A DNA stretch of 64,000 nucleotides from Gemmatimonadales bacterium (GTDB taxonomy: Bacteria > Gemmatimonadota > Gemmatimonadetes > Gemmatimonadales > GWC2-71-9), in NCBI GenBank assembly GCA_036002045.1, contig DASYTT010000121.1, positions 95 through 64,094 of the forward strand, written 5' to 3'. Below the pieces are notes generated by a model. The model was given only the letters and a program-made list of their open reading frames with translations. It was not told the origin of the DNA and ran no database searches. This document shows, in pieces, positions 1-7,884 of the stretch. The translations under genes were made by a program, and so were the position numbers. How positions within the stretch are numbered: position 1 is the stretch's first letter; each line of letters begins with the position of its first letter.

Positions 1-227
1 TCGCTCTTTGCCGCGCCCCCGAACAGCCACTGGTACCAGCCATAGAGCGCGATGCCGAAGAAACAGCCCTGCAGCACCATCAGGGCGTAGAGTCGCTGCT
101 GGAAGAAGATCGCCCCGTACATCCCGTTGTTGAGCAGCGAAGTGGGCCACGCCAGCACGTTTTGTCGCGTGCTCAGAAAGACGCTGATGATGCCCAGCGC
201 CGCGGCGACGATCTCGAAGAGCTTCAC
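1..227 (-). CDS. pnuC: PnuC-family nicotinamide riboside transporter, 5' part only (gene continues past the left edge)
   Basis: Not in the ORF track because there is no stop in the window. My minus-strand translation reads (V)KLFEIVAAALGIISVFLSTRQNVLAWPTSLLNNGMYGAIFFQQRLYALMVLQGCFFGIALYGWYQWLFGG. This is a PnuC-like TM pattern including YGWxxW. GTG at 227-225 is taken as the start, just downstream of the LOG stop. Confidence 0.6.
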   Translation of the reverse strand, partial: MKLFEIVAAALGIISVFLSTRQNVLAWPTSLLNNGMYGAIFFQQRLYALMVLQGCFFGIALYGWYQWLFGGAAKS

Positions 228-232
228 GTTGC

Positions 233-745
233 TCAGGAGGTCTGCCGGCGGGTTTCCGGTGGACGGTAATCCCCGATCGCGCGGAGCAGCTCGGCGGGGT
301 CGCGGTTTACGATGAGCCGGCCACGCTGGGTTTCGTGGATGAAGCGTTCGACCACCTCATCGGGCACCGCTTTGAGCAACCCGGTGAAATAGTCTTCGGT
401 ATTGAGCAAGCCGCAGGGCTTCTCCGTTCCGGGGGAGGAACTAAGGCAGGCTTCGAGCAGTTCTTCCAGGCGCTCGGGTCCGCCCGGCAGAGCGATCATG
501 CCATCGGCACGCTCACCGAGCTCCTGTGGCACGACGGAGAGCGCCAATCCGTGGGCCTGGTTGAGGGCCGCGGTCAGCGCGCCGATGGGACCCTGCGAGC
601 TGCCATCGTAGATCACGGTAATCCCGTTCTCCGCGCAAAGACGGCCCAGCTGGGTCGCCGCCTCGAGGTGCTCGGCGCGCGCAGCGGGATCGCTTCCCCC
701 CAGCACGGAGACACGGCGCAACGGCATCGCGGTATTATAAGGCAT
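233..745 (-). CDS. LOG family protein (TIGR00730-type, lysine-decarboxylase-like / cytokinin riboside 5'-monophosphate phosphoribohydrolase-like)
   Basis: C-terminal 170 aa of track ORF 233..1135: MPYNTAMPLRRVSVLGGS...VIYDGSSQGPIGAL...ALPGGPERLEELLE. The upstream part of the track ORF is antisense to the M24 peptidase gene. Start set at ATG 745; ATG 727 is also possible. Confidence 0.8.
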   Translation of the reverse strand: MPYNTAMPLRRVSVLGGSDPAARAEHLEAATQLGRLCAENGITVIYDGSSQGPIGALTAALNQAHGLALSVVPQELGERADGMIALPGGPERLEELLEACLSSSPGTEKPCGLLNTEDYFTGLLKAVPDEVVERFIHETQRGRLIVNRDPAELLRAIGDYRPPETRRQTS

Positions 746-2030
746 GCCTACCCGACGCGAATTCCTCGCAGTGTCTTCCACCGCGGTCGCCGCGGCGGTC
801 GTCAAGCACCCGGGTATGGAGCCGCAGCTCCAGCAGGGCGAGTCCCTGCCCCCTTCGATTCGCGCGCTCAGCTCCATGCGCGCGCAGGCGCGTCCGATCA
901 CCATCGAGGAGCGCCAGGCCCGGCTGGAGCGAGCCCGCGAGCTCCTCGCCGGCGAAAAACTGGCGGCGCTGCTCCTGATGGGGGGCACTTCGCTTCGGTA
1001 CTTCGCCAACATCGAATGGGGTCTGAGCGAACGGATGCTGGCGCTCCTCGTTCCGCAGAGTGGCCGTCCCTTCGTGGTCTGCCCCGCCTTCGAGCGCGAC
1101 CGAGCGGCTGAGCAGATCGAGGCGGGCCCGCTCAAGGGAACCGCCGATGTCCTGAGCTGGGAAGAAGACGAGAGTCCCTATGAGCGAGTCACCCAGGGGC
1201 TTCGGGAACGCGGACTGACCACGGGCAGAATCGGGGTCGAGGAGACGGTTCGGCATGTCTTTGTGAACGGCATCGCCGCAGCGCTCCCCGCCATGACGCC
1301 GGCCAGCGGCACGCCCGTGACCGCCGGGTGTCGCATCATCAAGAGCGCGCACGAGCTCGAGCTGATGCGGCTGGCTTCCGCCGTCACCCTCAAAGCGTAT
1401 GAGGCCGCCTACCGGGCGCTGCGGGACGGCATGAGTCAGGACGAGTTTGCCCGCCTCGTCGCACAGGCACACGAGCGACTGGGCTTTCGGGGCGGTGCCG
1501 GCGTGCAGGTGGGGCCCTACTCGGCGCTCCCCCACGGTTCGGCGACTCCCCAGATCGTCCGCGAAGGAACCATCCTGCTCATCGACGGAGGGTGCCAGGT
1601 CGAAGGGTACTCCAGCGACATCAGCCGGACCTTCGTGCTCGGCAAAGCAACCAATCGCATGAAGCAGGTGTTCGCGATCGAGCAGCGTGCCCAGCAAGCG
1701 GCGCTTGCCGCAGCGCGGCCGGGCGTCGAGTGCCAGGCGGTCGATGCGGCCGCGCGCAAGGTCATCAGCGATGCCGGCTTCGGACCGGACTACCAGTACT
1801 TCACGCATCGGGTGGGGCACGGGATGGGCATGGACGGGCACGAGTGGCCCTACCTGGTGCGCGGCAATACGCTACCGCTCGCACCGGGGATGGTCTTCAG
1901 CGATGAGCCGGGGATCTACATTCGCGGCGAGTTCGGGGTTCGGCTGGAAGACGACATGGTGATCACTGAAGCAGGCGCGGAGCTCTTTACCCCGACGTCG
2001 CCGTCACTGGAGGATCCCTTTGGAAGGTGA
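744..2030 (+). CDS. M24-family metallopeptidase (Xaa-Pro aminopeptidase/creatinase fold) with Tat-like signal
   Basis: Track ORF. The N-terminus MPTRREFLAVSSTAVAAAVV looks twin-arginine-like. M24 metal-ligand blocks are present: IDGG..GYSSDISRT, HRVGHGMGMDGHE, SDEPGIY, VRLED. Confidence 0.85.
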   Translation: MPTRREFLAVSSTAVAAAVVKHPGMEPQLQQGESLPPSIRALSSMRAQARPITIEERQARLERARELLAGEKLAALLLMGGTSLRYFANIEWGLSERMLALLVPQSGRPFVVCPAFERDRAAEQIEAGPLKGTADVLSWEEDESPYERVTQGLRERGLTTGRIGVEETVRHVFVNGIAAALPAMTPASGTPVTAGCRIIKSAHELELMRLASAVTLKAYEAAYRALRDGMSQDEFARLVAQAHERLGFRGGAGVQVGPYSALPHGSATPQIVREGTILLIDGGCQVEGYSSDISRTFVLGKATNRMKQVFAIEQRAQQAALAAARPGVECQAVDAAARKVISDAGFGPDYQYFTHRVGHGMGMDGHEWPYLVRGNTLPLAPGMVFSDEPGIYIRGEFGVRLEDDMVITEAGAELFTPTSPSLEDPFGR

Positions 2031-2056
2031 GAGGGAAGTGCTGGTCCCTCTCACCT
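2026..2056. terminator. Bidirectional GC hairpin between convergent genes
   Basis: GGTGAGAGGGA (2026-2036), a 9-nt loop, then TCCCTCTCACC (2046-2056). This 11-bp perfect stem overlaps both stop codons (TGA 2028-2030 on the plus strand, TCA 2051-2053 on the minus strand). There is no T-tract. Confidence 0.5.
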
Positions 2057-2068
2057 CTCACCTCTCAC
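2048..2068. repeat. 3 x 7-nt tandem repeat CTCTCAC (GTGAGAG on the minus strand)
   Basis: Direct reading gives ctctcac ctctcac ctctcac. It encodes the C-terminal ...KVRGER of gene 2051..3304 and belongs to the GGTGAGR-type motif seen at other gene 3' ends. Confidence 0.8.
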
Positions 2069-3304
2069 CTTATAGACCCGCACGTGGGGCACTTCGTCTG
2101 GATCCCGCCACAGTCCAATGATCTCCGCCGGACCGACGTGGTACGGGCGTACCCGCTCAGGACAGCTCACCGTCGCGATCGCCCGACCGGTTGAGTCATA
2201 GACGATGAAGCGCCGTCCCTCATCCTCATAGCGGCGCGCCCGCTCCACCCAGAGCGCGCCGTCGGTACCGATGAGCAGGCGTTCATAGAACGGAAAAACT
2301 TCGGCGTAGCGCGCATTCTCCTGGTTCTTACGCCATTCCGCCTTGACCTGCTCGGAGCCCCGCTGGCGGTCGATCCTGGCCAACGCCTCGCGCATCCGCG
2401 TCTCGCGATGCTCCGCGGTGACCAGCTCGGCTGGAGATGCGCTCCGGATCTTTCGGATGAGCTTCCCGTTCGAGCTGTATACCCGGATTCCGTCAGGCTC
2501 GTTCGTGCCCACATAGATCCGCTCTCGATCGATGGCAACGACCGTTTGCCGCCCAAACTCGAGCGAGTGAATGGTAGGGAAGCTGTGTCCACCCTCGTGC
2601 CCCAACGCCGGGAATACTTCGCCGCCTGGAATCACGGCGATGGTATCGGCGCTGGAACCGTCCGGGTCGAGGAACACCAGCGCGAAGGTGTCTCGACGCA
2701 CCGGCCCCGAGGTTTTCTTCATCTCGGTGAACAGGCGGCTCTCGCCGAGCAGGCGCCCTTGGTCGAGCAGAGCGATCGCATAGGTATAGCCCTGAACCCG
2801 ACCAGCTTCCAGGTCCGCGCGCTGACCCGTGGTCATGCTGCGCACGAACTCTCCCGTGGGTGCGAACAGAGAGCCCCGCCGAAGCTGGGGATCCAGAGCG
2901 AAGAGGCTATCGCCGGGGAGCAGCTGGATGGTGCCGAGCGAGGCAAACTCTCCCGGGCCCTGCCCTTGCCGGCCCGCCGCAAACAAATACGCTCCGGTGG
3001 AGTCGAAGAAGCGGAGCTCGTTGCTGCCGCGATTGACGACTACGATCCGCCCGTCGCCCAAACGCACCGCTCCGCCGACTTGGTACAGATCTTGGCCAGG
3101 GCCGTCCCCTTCACCGATGTCCAGGAGGGGAGCTTCCGCCACCATCCACTTTGGCAGTCGCTCTTCCGATCCGGCCAGATGCTCCAAGATCTGCACTCCG
3201 GCGCTGTCGCGGACGGCGACCGATTCGGCCACCTCGATGGCAGGCCGCGAGCAGGCAAACAGCACGACAAAACCAGGGAGGATTCTGGAATTCATGCGGA
3301 GCAC
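2051..3304 (-). CDS. Hypothetical lipoprotein, probable beta-propeller fold
   Basis: Track ORF. Signal plus lipobox MLRMNSRILPGFVVLFAC. The body is a repetitive beta-strand-rich sequence (e.g. GRIVVVNRGSNELRFFDSTG, IRVYSSNGKLI, RFIVYDSTGRAI) like 6-bladed propeller proteins. Confidence 0.65.
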   Translation of the reverse strand: MLRMNSRILPGFVVLFACSRPAIEVAESVAVRDSAGVQILEHLAGSEERLPKWMVAEAPLLDIGEGDGPGQDLYQVGGAVRLGDGRIVVVNRGSNELRFFDSTGAYLFAAGRQGQGPGEFASLGTIQLLPGDSLFALDPQLRRGSLFAPTGEFVRSMTTGQRADLEAGRVQGYTYAIALLDQGRLLGESRLFTEMKKTSGPVRRDTFALVFLDPDGSSADTIAVIPGGEVFPALGHEGGHSFPTIHSLEFGRQTVVAIDRERIYVGTNEPDGIRVYSSNGKLIRKIRSASPAELVTAEHRETRMREALARIDRQRGSEQVKAEWRKNQENARYAEVFPFYERLLIGTDGALWVERARRYEDEGRRFIVYDSTGRAIATVSCPERVRPYHVGPAEIIGLWRDPDEVPHVRVYKVRGER

Positions 3305-3388
3305 CCCTACGGCAGAAAACCGCGCTAAGCCGGAGCGCGGTCTCTAACGTATCTGATTCTCGAGGGAGTGCGAAGGACCTCTCAGCGC

Positions 3389-4858
3389 TCAGCGTTCGAC
3401 GAGCTGCCCTAACGAGGCTTCGAGCTCCGCTTCCCGCACCCCGCCCCCCCGCCGCGCTTCCGCCAGGAAATGCCGAGTGACAAAGAGCCGGTGCCATGCC
3501 GCGCGCGGCGTGCGTCGCAGGGTTTCCAGCGCCTCGCGCAGGTCGGCGGGAGCCACCGGCTTGACCAGATATCCACGAAAGCCGGCTTCCATCAGGCGTC
3601 GAGCATCCCCCGGATTGCCTACCGCCGGCAGCATCAGCAGGGCCGGCTTGCCGAAGCTCTCGTCCGCCACGATCTCACGACCGACCTGCACGTATTCCTC
3701 GGCGCCATGATCGCTGAACAGCACGATGGCTGCCGGACGGCCAGCTTCCGCCCGGCGGCTGAGCTCGGCCAGGGCTTCTTCCCGAGTTGGATATCCGGTC
3801 GCGCGATAGCCAGCTGCTTCGGCGATCGTGGCCCAGCTGGCGCGCTGATTCGCATCGGCATCGACTACGAGCAGCGCTCCCGGCAACGCCGAGGTGGGCA
3901 GCTGTTCGTCCGCCGTGTCCGGGGGGACCGCATTGGCGTCATCCAGGAGCTTCGTCAGCGGCAGCCGCAGCGTAAAGCGGGTGCCAGCTCCCTTCGGATT
4001 CTCCACCGCGAGATCACCGCCCATCAAATGGGCCAACTGTTGGGCGATGGGGAGCGCCAGCCCGCCATCTCGGTTGGCATAGGCATCGCCCCGCACGAAC
4101 GGCTCGAACAACGTGGGCATCAGGTCGTCGGGAATGGCGGGACCGCTGTCTGCTACGATCATGCGAACGCCCTTCCCTGCGGGACGAGCTGGATCTCCTC
4201 CCACCTCGAGCACAATTTCTCCCTGTCCCAGACGACTCAAGCCATCCTGCACCAGACCCCGGAGGACCTGGCGAAGCCTGCCTGGATCTCCCGTCACCCG
4301 ACGCGGCGTCTCGGGACGCCAGATGAGCCGCAGCGCCACGCCTTTTGCTTGCGCCTCTCCACCGAGGGCGGCGGCCAGATCTTCTACCATGACGCGGAGA
4401 TCGAAGGCAATCGGCTCCAGCGGTAAGGTGCCGTTCTCGAGCCGGGAGAAGTCCGATACGTCGTTAAGAATGCTCCGCAAGACCTCCGCCGCCCCGTGCA
4501 GCGCGTCGGCGTAGGCTCGTTGCGAGGGGACGAGTGGTCCGAGGCGCAGCAAGCGGGCCAGCCCGAGTAAGGCATCGGCGGGCGTGCGCATCGTCCGGCT
4601 CACGGTGGCAAGGATCTCCCCCCGCACGAGATTCGCCGATTCTGCTGCGCTGCGCGCGCGCCGCAGCGCTTCGAGCTCGATGAGTTGCTCGCGCATTTCG
4701 GTGGAGGTCCGCTCGAGCGCCTGGGCCAGCCACTCCCGTTGCTCCGTGATTCGCCCGAGCTGTTCCCGCAGCGCCTCGAAGAGCTCCCTCCAATGCGGCG
4801 GCAAGGGCTCGAGTACGTCCTCGTGGGGTACGCTCGGATCCCCCAGACGATCCAGCAT
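3389..4858 (-). CDS. Hybrid sensor histidine kinase/response regulator homologue with degenerate kinase motifs
   Basis: Track ORF with coiled-coil, HisKA-like, HATPase_c-like and REC regions. The H-box reads VSRTMRTPADA (Arg where the phospho-His is expected). The N-box reads RLRQVLRGLVQDGLSRL, G1 reads VADSGPAIP and G2 reads DGGLALPIA. REC is LLVVDADA...IVLFSDHG...YLVKP. Confidence 0.85.
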   Translation of the reverse strand: MLDRLGDPSVPHEDVLEPLPPHWRELFEALREQLGRITEQREWLAQALERTSTEMREQLIELEALRRARSAAESANLVRGEILATVSRTMRTPADALLGLARLLRLGPLVPSQRAYADALHGAAEVLRSILNDVSDFSRLENGTLPLEPIAFDLRVMVEDLAAALGGEAQAKGVALRLIWRPETPRRVTGDPGRLRQVLRGLVQDGLSRLGQGEIVLEVGGDPARPAGKGVRMIVADSGPAIPDDLMPTLFEPFVRGDAYANRDGGLALPIAQQLAHLMGGDLAVENPKGAGTRFTLRLPLTKLLDDANAVPPDTADEQLPTSALPGALLVVDADANQRASWATIAEAAGYRATGYPTREEALAELSRRAEAGRPAAIVLFSDHGAEEYVQVGREIVADESFGKPALLMLPAVGNPGDARRLMEAGFRGYLVKPVAPADLREALETLRRTPRAAWHRLFVTRHFLAEARRGGGVREAELEASLGQLVER

Positions 4859-5226
4859 GCGGCTTCCTCTCCGTTGTGGCGCAGTTCCGAAACATGACGG
4901 AACGCCCCGCAGGAATAATCAGGGGCATTATTGACGCATTTATTAATCCAGCTTGAACTTAGACTGGTTGATCTAGGCCATGTTACCAGTGCAAAGTTGC
5001 ATATGCGTCACAAAATGCGACAGATTTCTTAGAAGTATTCGGATAGCCTCGAGCAGAGACCGCGCTTCCCGCTTGCCGCCAACTACTTGGAGAAGTCGCT
5101 TGAAACCACTGAAAATTCGACAACTCCGGAGGAGAGCCAGGTGAGGCCTGGCCAGTGCCGTCAAGCCTGAGTTTTAAAACAAGGCAGGGATCGGATCTAT
5201 TCGCCGCAGAGCGCGGGATACCCGGC

Positions 5227-6021
5227 TCAGCGCAAGGCAGCCCGGAGGGGAATGCGAAGTCGAGTTGTCTCCCAGGAGAGCACCAAATCGGTCAGGTCGG
5301 AATTGCCGCGTGTCGCAGGTTCGTGGCTCCAGCTCAGCCGCTCCACGTACTCGCCGCGCTCGCTCGGCAGAATCGCGCGGCCCAACTCACGACTGCGCAC
5401 CGCCGTGGTGAATTCCGACTCGATGCCCCACTGGGAGGTGGCGGCAGTGAGAATGAGCTCCCACGATTCCGGTCCGGGGATGGTGTAGAGCGCGGTGCGA
5501 CCGGGGGGGACCGCAATGCCGGCGACTTCGAGCGCCGCGGTGGTGATGAGAGTCGTCGGCTCGTTGGCGCCGGTGCGCCAGAGCCGTCCATAGGGGATCC
5601 GGCTTCCGCCGAGCATTCGGCGGCCGCGCGCGGCCGGCTGCCCGTAGCACAGCTTCACTCTGGCTTCGCCGACCTCGAAGCTCAACGAGCCCAGCGGGCT
5701 CGATCGCAAGAGCCAGGTGGGGAGCCAGCCCCAGTTGCGCGGGCAGGGCAGCCGAAGGGCGAGGGGCGGGGCGGGGCGGATCGCGGTTAGCAAAACGGGC
5801 AGCGCTAGCGCCAGGGCGACCACCCCAAGCGCAGGCTTGCGACCGAAGCGGACCGAGAGGATTTGGATGGCCGACCAGAGCAGCACGGCGAGCGCACAGT
5901 ACCACAACGCGGACGCAACCAGGATCTGGGGATAGGGCAGGTGCGGCGCGAGCAGCTGAGCCCCGAGCAGCACGAGCCCCGCGGTCACCACCATCCGCGT
6001 GACCGCGCGTCTCCCGCTCAC
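5227..6021 (-). CDS. DUF2911 domain protein with N-terminal TM segments
   Basis: Track ORF with a GTG start. The block RIPYGRLWRTGANEPTTLITTAALEVAGIAVPPGRTALYTIPGPESWELIL matches the DUF2911 pattern (WRxGANExT ... G.Y.L..IP....W.LI). Confidence 0.7.
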   Translation of the reverse strand: MSGRRAVTRMVVTAGLVLLGAQLLAPHLPYPQILVASALWYCALAVLLWSAIQILSVRFGRKPALGVVALALALPVLLTAIRPAPPLALRLPCPRNWGWLPTWLLRSSPLGSLSFEVGEARVKLCYGQPAARGRRMLGGSRIPYGRLWRTGANEPTTLITTAALEVAGIAVPPGRTALYTIPGPESWELILTAATSQWGIESEFTTAVRSRELGRAILPSERGEYVERLSWSHEPATRGNSDLTDLVLSWETTRLRIPLRAALR

Positions 6022-6031
6022 CGCTTCCCTC

Positions 6032-6568
6032 TCACCCCTTCACCCACCCCATCCGGTCGCGCAGCGCGGTAATGTGAGCGACGTGATGCCTGCCATGCCA
6101 GGCATACAGCGCAAGGGTGCGATCGAGCCGGAAATCCTTCTGGTGCTCGGGATGGAAGAAGGTCCGGGCCCATTGGGGCTCCGTGAGGGCGCGGAGCAGC
6201 ACGACCCAGCGGCGATGCAACGCTTCGAGCAACATGAGGGAGACCCCGATCTGCGTCGCCGCGCTGTCGGGAAGCTCGGCCCAGCGGGCCTCCTCGTACG
6301 GGCGGATCGTGGGGTTCTCTTCGGTAAGCGCGAGCTTGAAGCGCACATAGGCGTTGAGGTGGCTGTCGGGGAGGTGGTGAACCACCTGGCGAACCGTCCA
6401 CCCGCCGTCCCGATAGGGCGTATCGAATTGCTCCTCGCTCAGGCCGTGTACCGCGGCGCGCAGCAGTGCTGGGGCGTCGGCGACCTCGCCGATCCAGGTC
6501 TCCCGCCGCTCCGGCGTGATCTCTCCCTCAACCACGAAAGGACCGACCGGGTAGCGAAGGTCGCTCAT
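6032..6568 (-). CDS. YfiT/DinB-family metal-dependent hydrolase (bacillithiol transferase BstA-like)
   Basis: Track ORF. LRYPVGPF...GWTVRQVVHHLPDSHLNAYVRFKLALTEENPTI..Y.E..WAEL...LYAWHGRHHVAHI is the typical YfiT His-triad arrangement. Confidence 0.85.
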   Translation of the reverse strand: MSDLRYPVGPFVVEGEITPERRETWIGEVADAPALLRAAVHGLSEEQFDTPYRDGGWTVRQVVHHLPDSHLNAYVRFKLALTEENPTIRPYEEARWAELPDSAATQIGVSLMLLEALHRRWVVLLRALTEPQWARTFFHPEHQKDFRLDRTLALYAWHGRHHVAHITALRDRMGWVKG

Positions 6569-7158
6569 TGGGAGGGCGGGCCGGGTCGCTGCGGCGCGGT
6601 GAGACGGACCGCACCCGGTATCAACGTCACCCTTCCATCGGGAGGGATTTCGACGTAGAGATCTCGCCCGGTTTTGGTGAGCGCCGGATAGTGCTCGCCG
6701 ACGTCGAGCAGCATCGAGCGGAGAATCACTTCGGGGACCGGGAAGCCGCCGATGCTGACGCCCTCGAGCCGGAAATGGCTGAGTCCCTGGGCGGCCGGGA
6801 GGAGCGCGATATCGGCGGCGAGCACGGTGCTCGAATCCACCAACGCGGCCAGCGGACCGATCATCGCACGCGCTGCCTCGGGTAAATCCTGAATCCGGCC
6901 CGAGAGAACGATGCGCTGACTGTCCACCATGATCTGAATCTCGGTGCTTTCGGGGATCGGCTCCACGCCCAGGCGGGCCATGAGATACGATGCCCAGTCA
7001 CCTCCCTCGATACTGCCTTCGGTCGCCTTGCGGTCGAGGAACACCGAGTCCACCACCGCCTGCGCACGGGCGACGCCGGCACGCGAGATTCTTCCCGGCG
7101 GAGCCTGTATCGGCAGCAGGGAAACGAGGGACGCCGCCACCCCGAGCAGGAGCCTCAT
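6565..7158 (-). CDS. Hypothetical secreted protein
   Basis: Track ORF 6565..7188 trimmed to ATG 7158 (MRLLLGVAASLVSLLPIQA, signal-like). This start forms an ATGA overlap with the lspA stop, and a second ATGA overlap occurs with the YfiT start at 6565-6568. Confidence 0.6.
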   Translation of the reverse strand: MRLLLGVAASLVSLLPIQAPPGRISRAGVARAQAVVDSVFLDRKATEGSIEGGDWASYLMARLGVEPIPESTEIQIMVDSQRIVLSGRIQDLPEAARAMIGPLAALVDSSTVLAADIALLPAAQGLSHFRLEGVSIGGFPVPEVILRSMLLDVGEHYPALTKTGRDLYVEIPPDGRVTLIPGAVRLTAPQRPGPPSQ

Positions 7159-7667
7159 GCGGCCTCCTTCGCCTGGTCTTCGCGCCACAGCACCAGGGCG
7201 AGCAGCACCGCCCCAACGGAGACGCCCATGTCCGCGACGTTGAAAGTCCAGAAGCGCACGTCGCCCACTCCGACATCAATGAAATCCACCACGCCGCGGG
7301 CCGAGCGGATCCGATCCAGCAGGTTACCGAGCGCACCCGCTGCGACCAGCGCCAGTGCCACGGCACGCAGCACGGCGTCAGAGGCGGTGCGCTGGTAGAG
7401 CCGGAAGAGGACCGCCAGAGCGAAGAGCGCGATGCCGCCAAAAACCAGACGCGAGGCACTCCCAAAAGAAAGATTCAGCGCGGCATCCGGGTTGTACGCG
7501 AGGGTGAACCGAAGCAAGTCGCCGATCACGGCGTGAGGGCCAGGGTTGGTCCCCAGCGCCGACACCACCAGCTCTTTGGTGGAGCAGTCGGCCAGCAGGA
7601 GGGTGGCAAAAACCGGCCAGAACCAGCGCGCTTTTCGAAGCGTGAGCATCCCACAATATGGATGCAC
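7155..7667 (-). CDS. lspA: Lipoprotein signal peptidase (signal peptidase II)
   Basis: Track ORF. AYNPDAALN, GGIALFAL, GALGNLLDR and VVDFID...WTFNVADMGVSVG are conserved LspA blocks that include the catalytic Asp contexts. Confidence 0.9.
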   Translation of the reverse strand: MHPYCGMLTLRKARWFWPVFATLLLADCSTKELVVSALGTNPGPHAVIGDLLRFTLAYNPDAALNLSFGSASRLVFGGIALFALAVLFRLYQRTASDAVLRAVALALVAAGALGNLLDRIRSARGVVDFIDVGVGDVRFWTFNVADMGVSVGAVLLALVLWREDQAKEAA

Positions 7668-7706
7668 GGAGCGACAGGAGGAATCGGGGCGGAACGCCCC
7701 ACGATT

Positions 7707-7883
7707 CTAAGCGCCGGATCTGGGACGGCCCGGCGAGGGATCCGTGGGCAGATACAGCATGGCGCTGACCGCGCGACCGTCACTCGCATGGACAATGGCG
7801 ACGGCTTTGCGATACAGTCCTTCGGCTACCCCCTCGAAGGCATCCAGCGCCAGCTCGTCGTCCGAGGGTAGCTCCCAGAGCAC
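7707..7883 (-). pseudogene. Gamma-glutamylcyclotransferase (AIG2/GGCT-like) C-terminal remnant
   Basis: 58-codon GTG-initiated frame, below the track cutoff: VLWELPSDDELALDAFEGVAEGLYRKAVAIVHASDGRAVSAMLYLPTDPSPGRPRSGA. It resembles only the C-terminal half of GGCT-like proteins (vY.l....l..LD.fEg....Y.R..v.v). The N-terminal YGSL half is absent. Confidence 0.3.
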
Positions 7884-7884
7884 C

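Noticed and set aside
335-1841. Long ORFs overlapping real genes on the opposite strand or in other frames. Examples are 335..1111 (+) and 735..1841 (-). Analogous cases elsewhere include 8185..9171 (+), 11571..12665 (+), 17462..18415 (+), 43190..44482 (+), 44487..45812 (+), 48321..49679 (+), 56696..58369 (+), 57853..59166 (+) and 60719..61723 (-).
   Set aside because: They are Arg/Pro/Gly/Ala-rich low-complexity translations with no family resemblance. Each lies opposite or out of frame to a gene with clear homology and strong third-position GC bias. These are typical shadow ORFs of high-GC DNA.
4973-5164. 63-aa ORF in the AT-rich island (MTALARPHLALLRSCRIFSGFKRLLQVVGG...).
   Set aside because: It has no GC3 bias, no RBS and no recognisable family. 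It lies in a compositionally atypical non-coding stretch.
5110-5165. Possible SRP/4.5S-like or other structured RNA (ggaggagagccaggtgaggcctggccagtgccgtcaagcc).
   Set aside because: It lacks the conserved SRP domain IV motifs (GGAA/AGCA symmetric loop context). Only a generic 6-bp hairpin is present. I could not match it to any RNA family I know.
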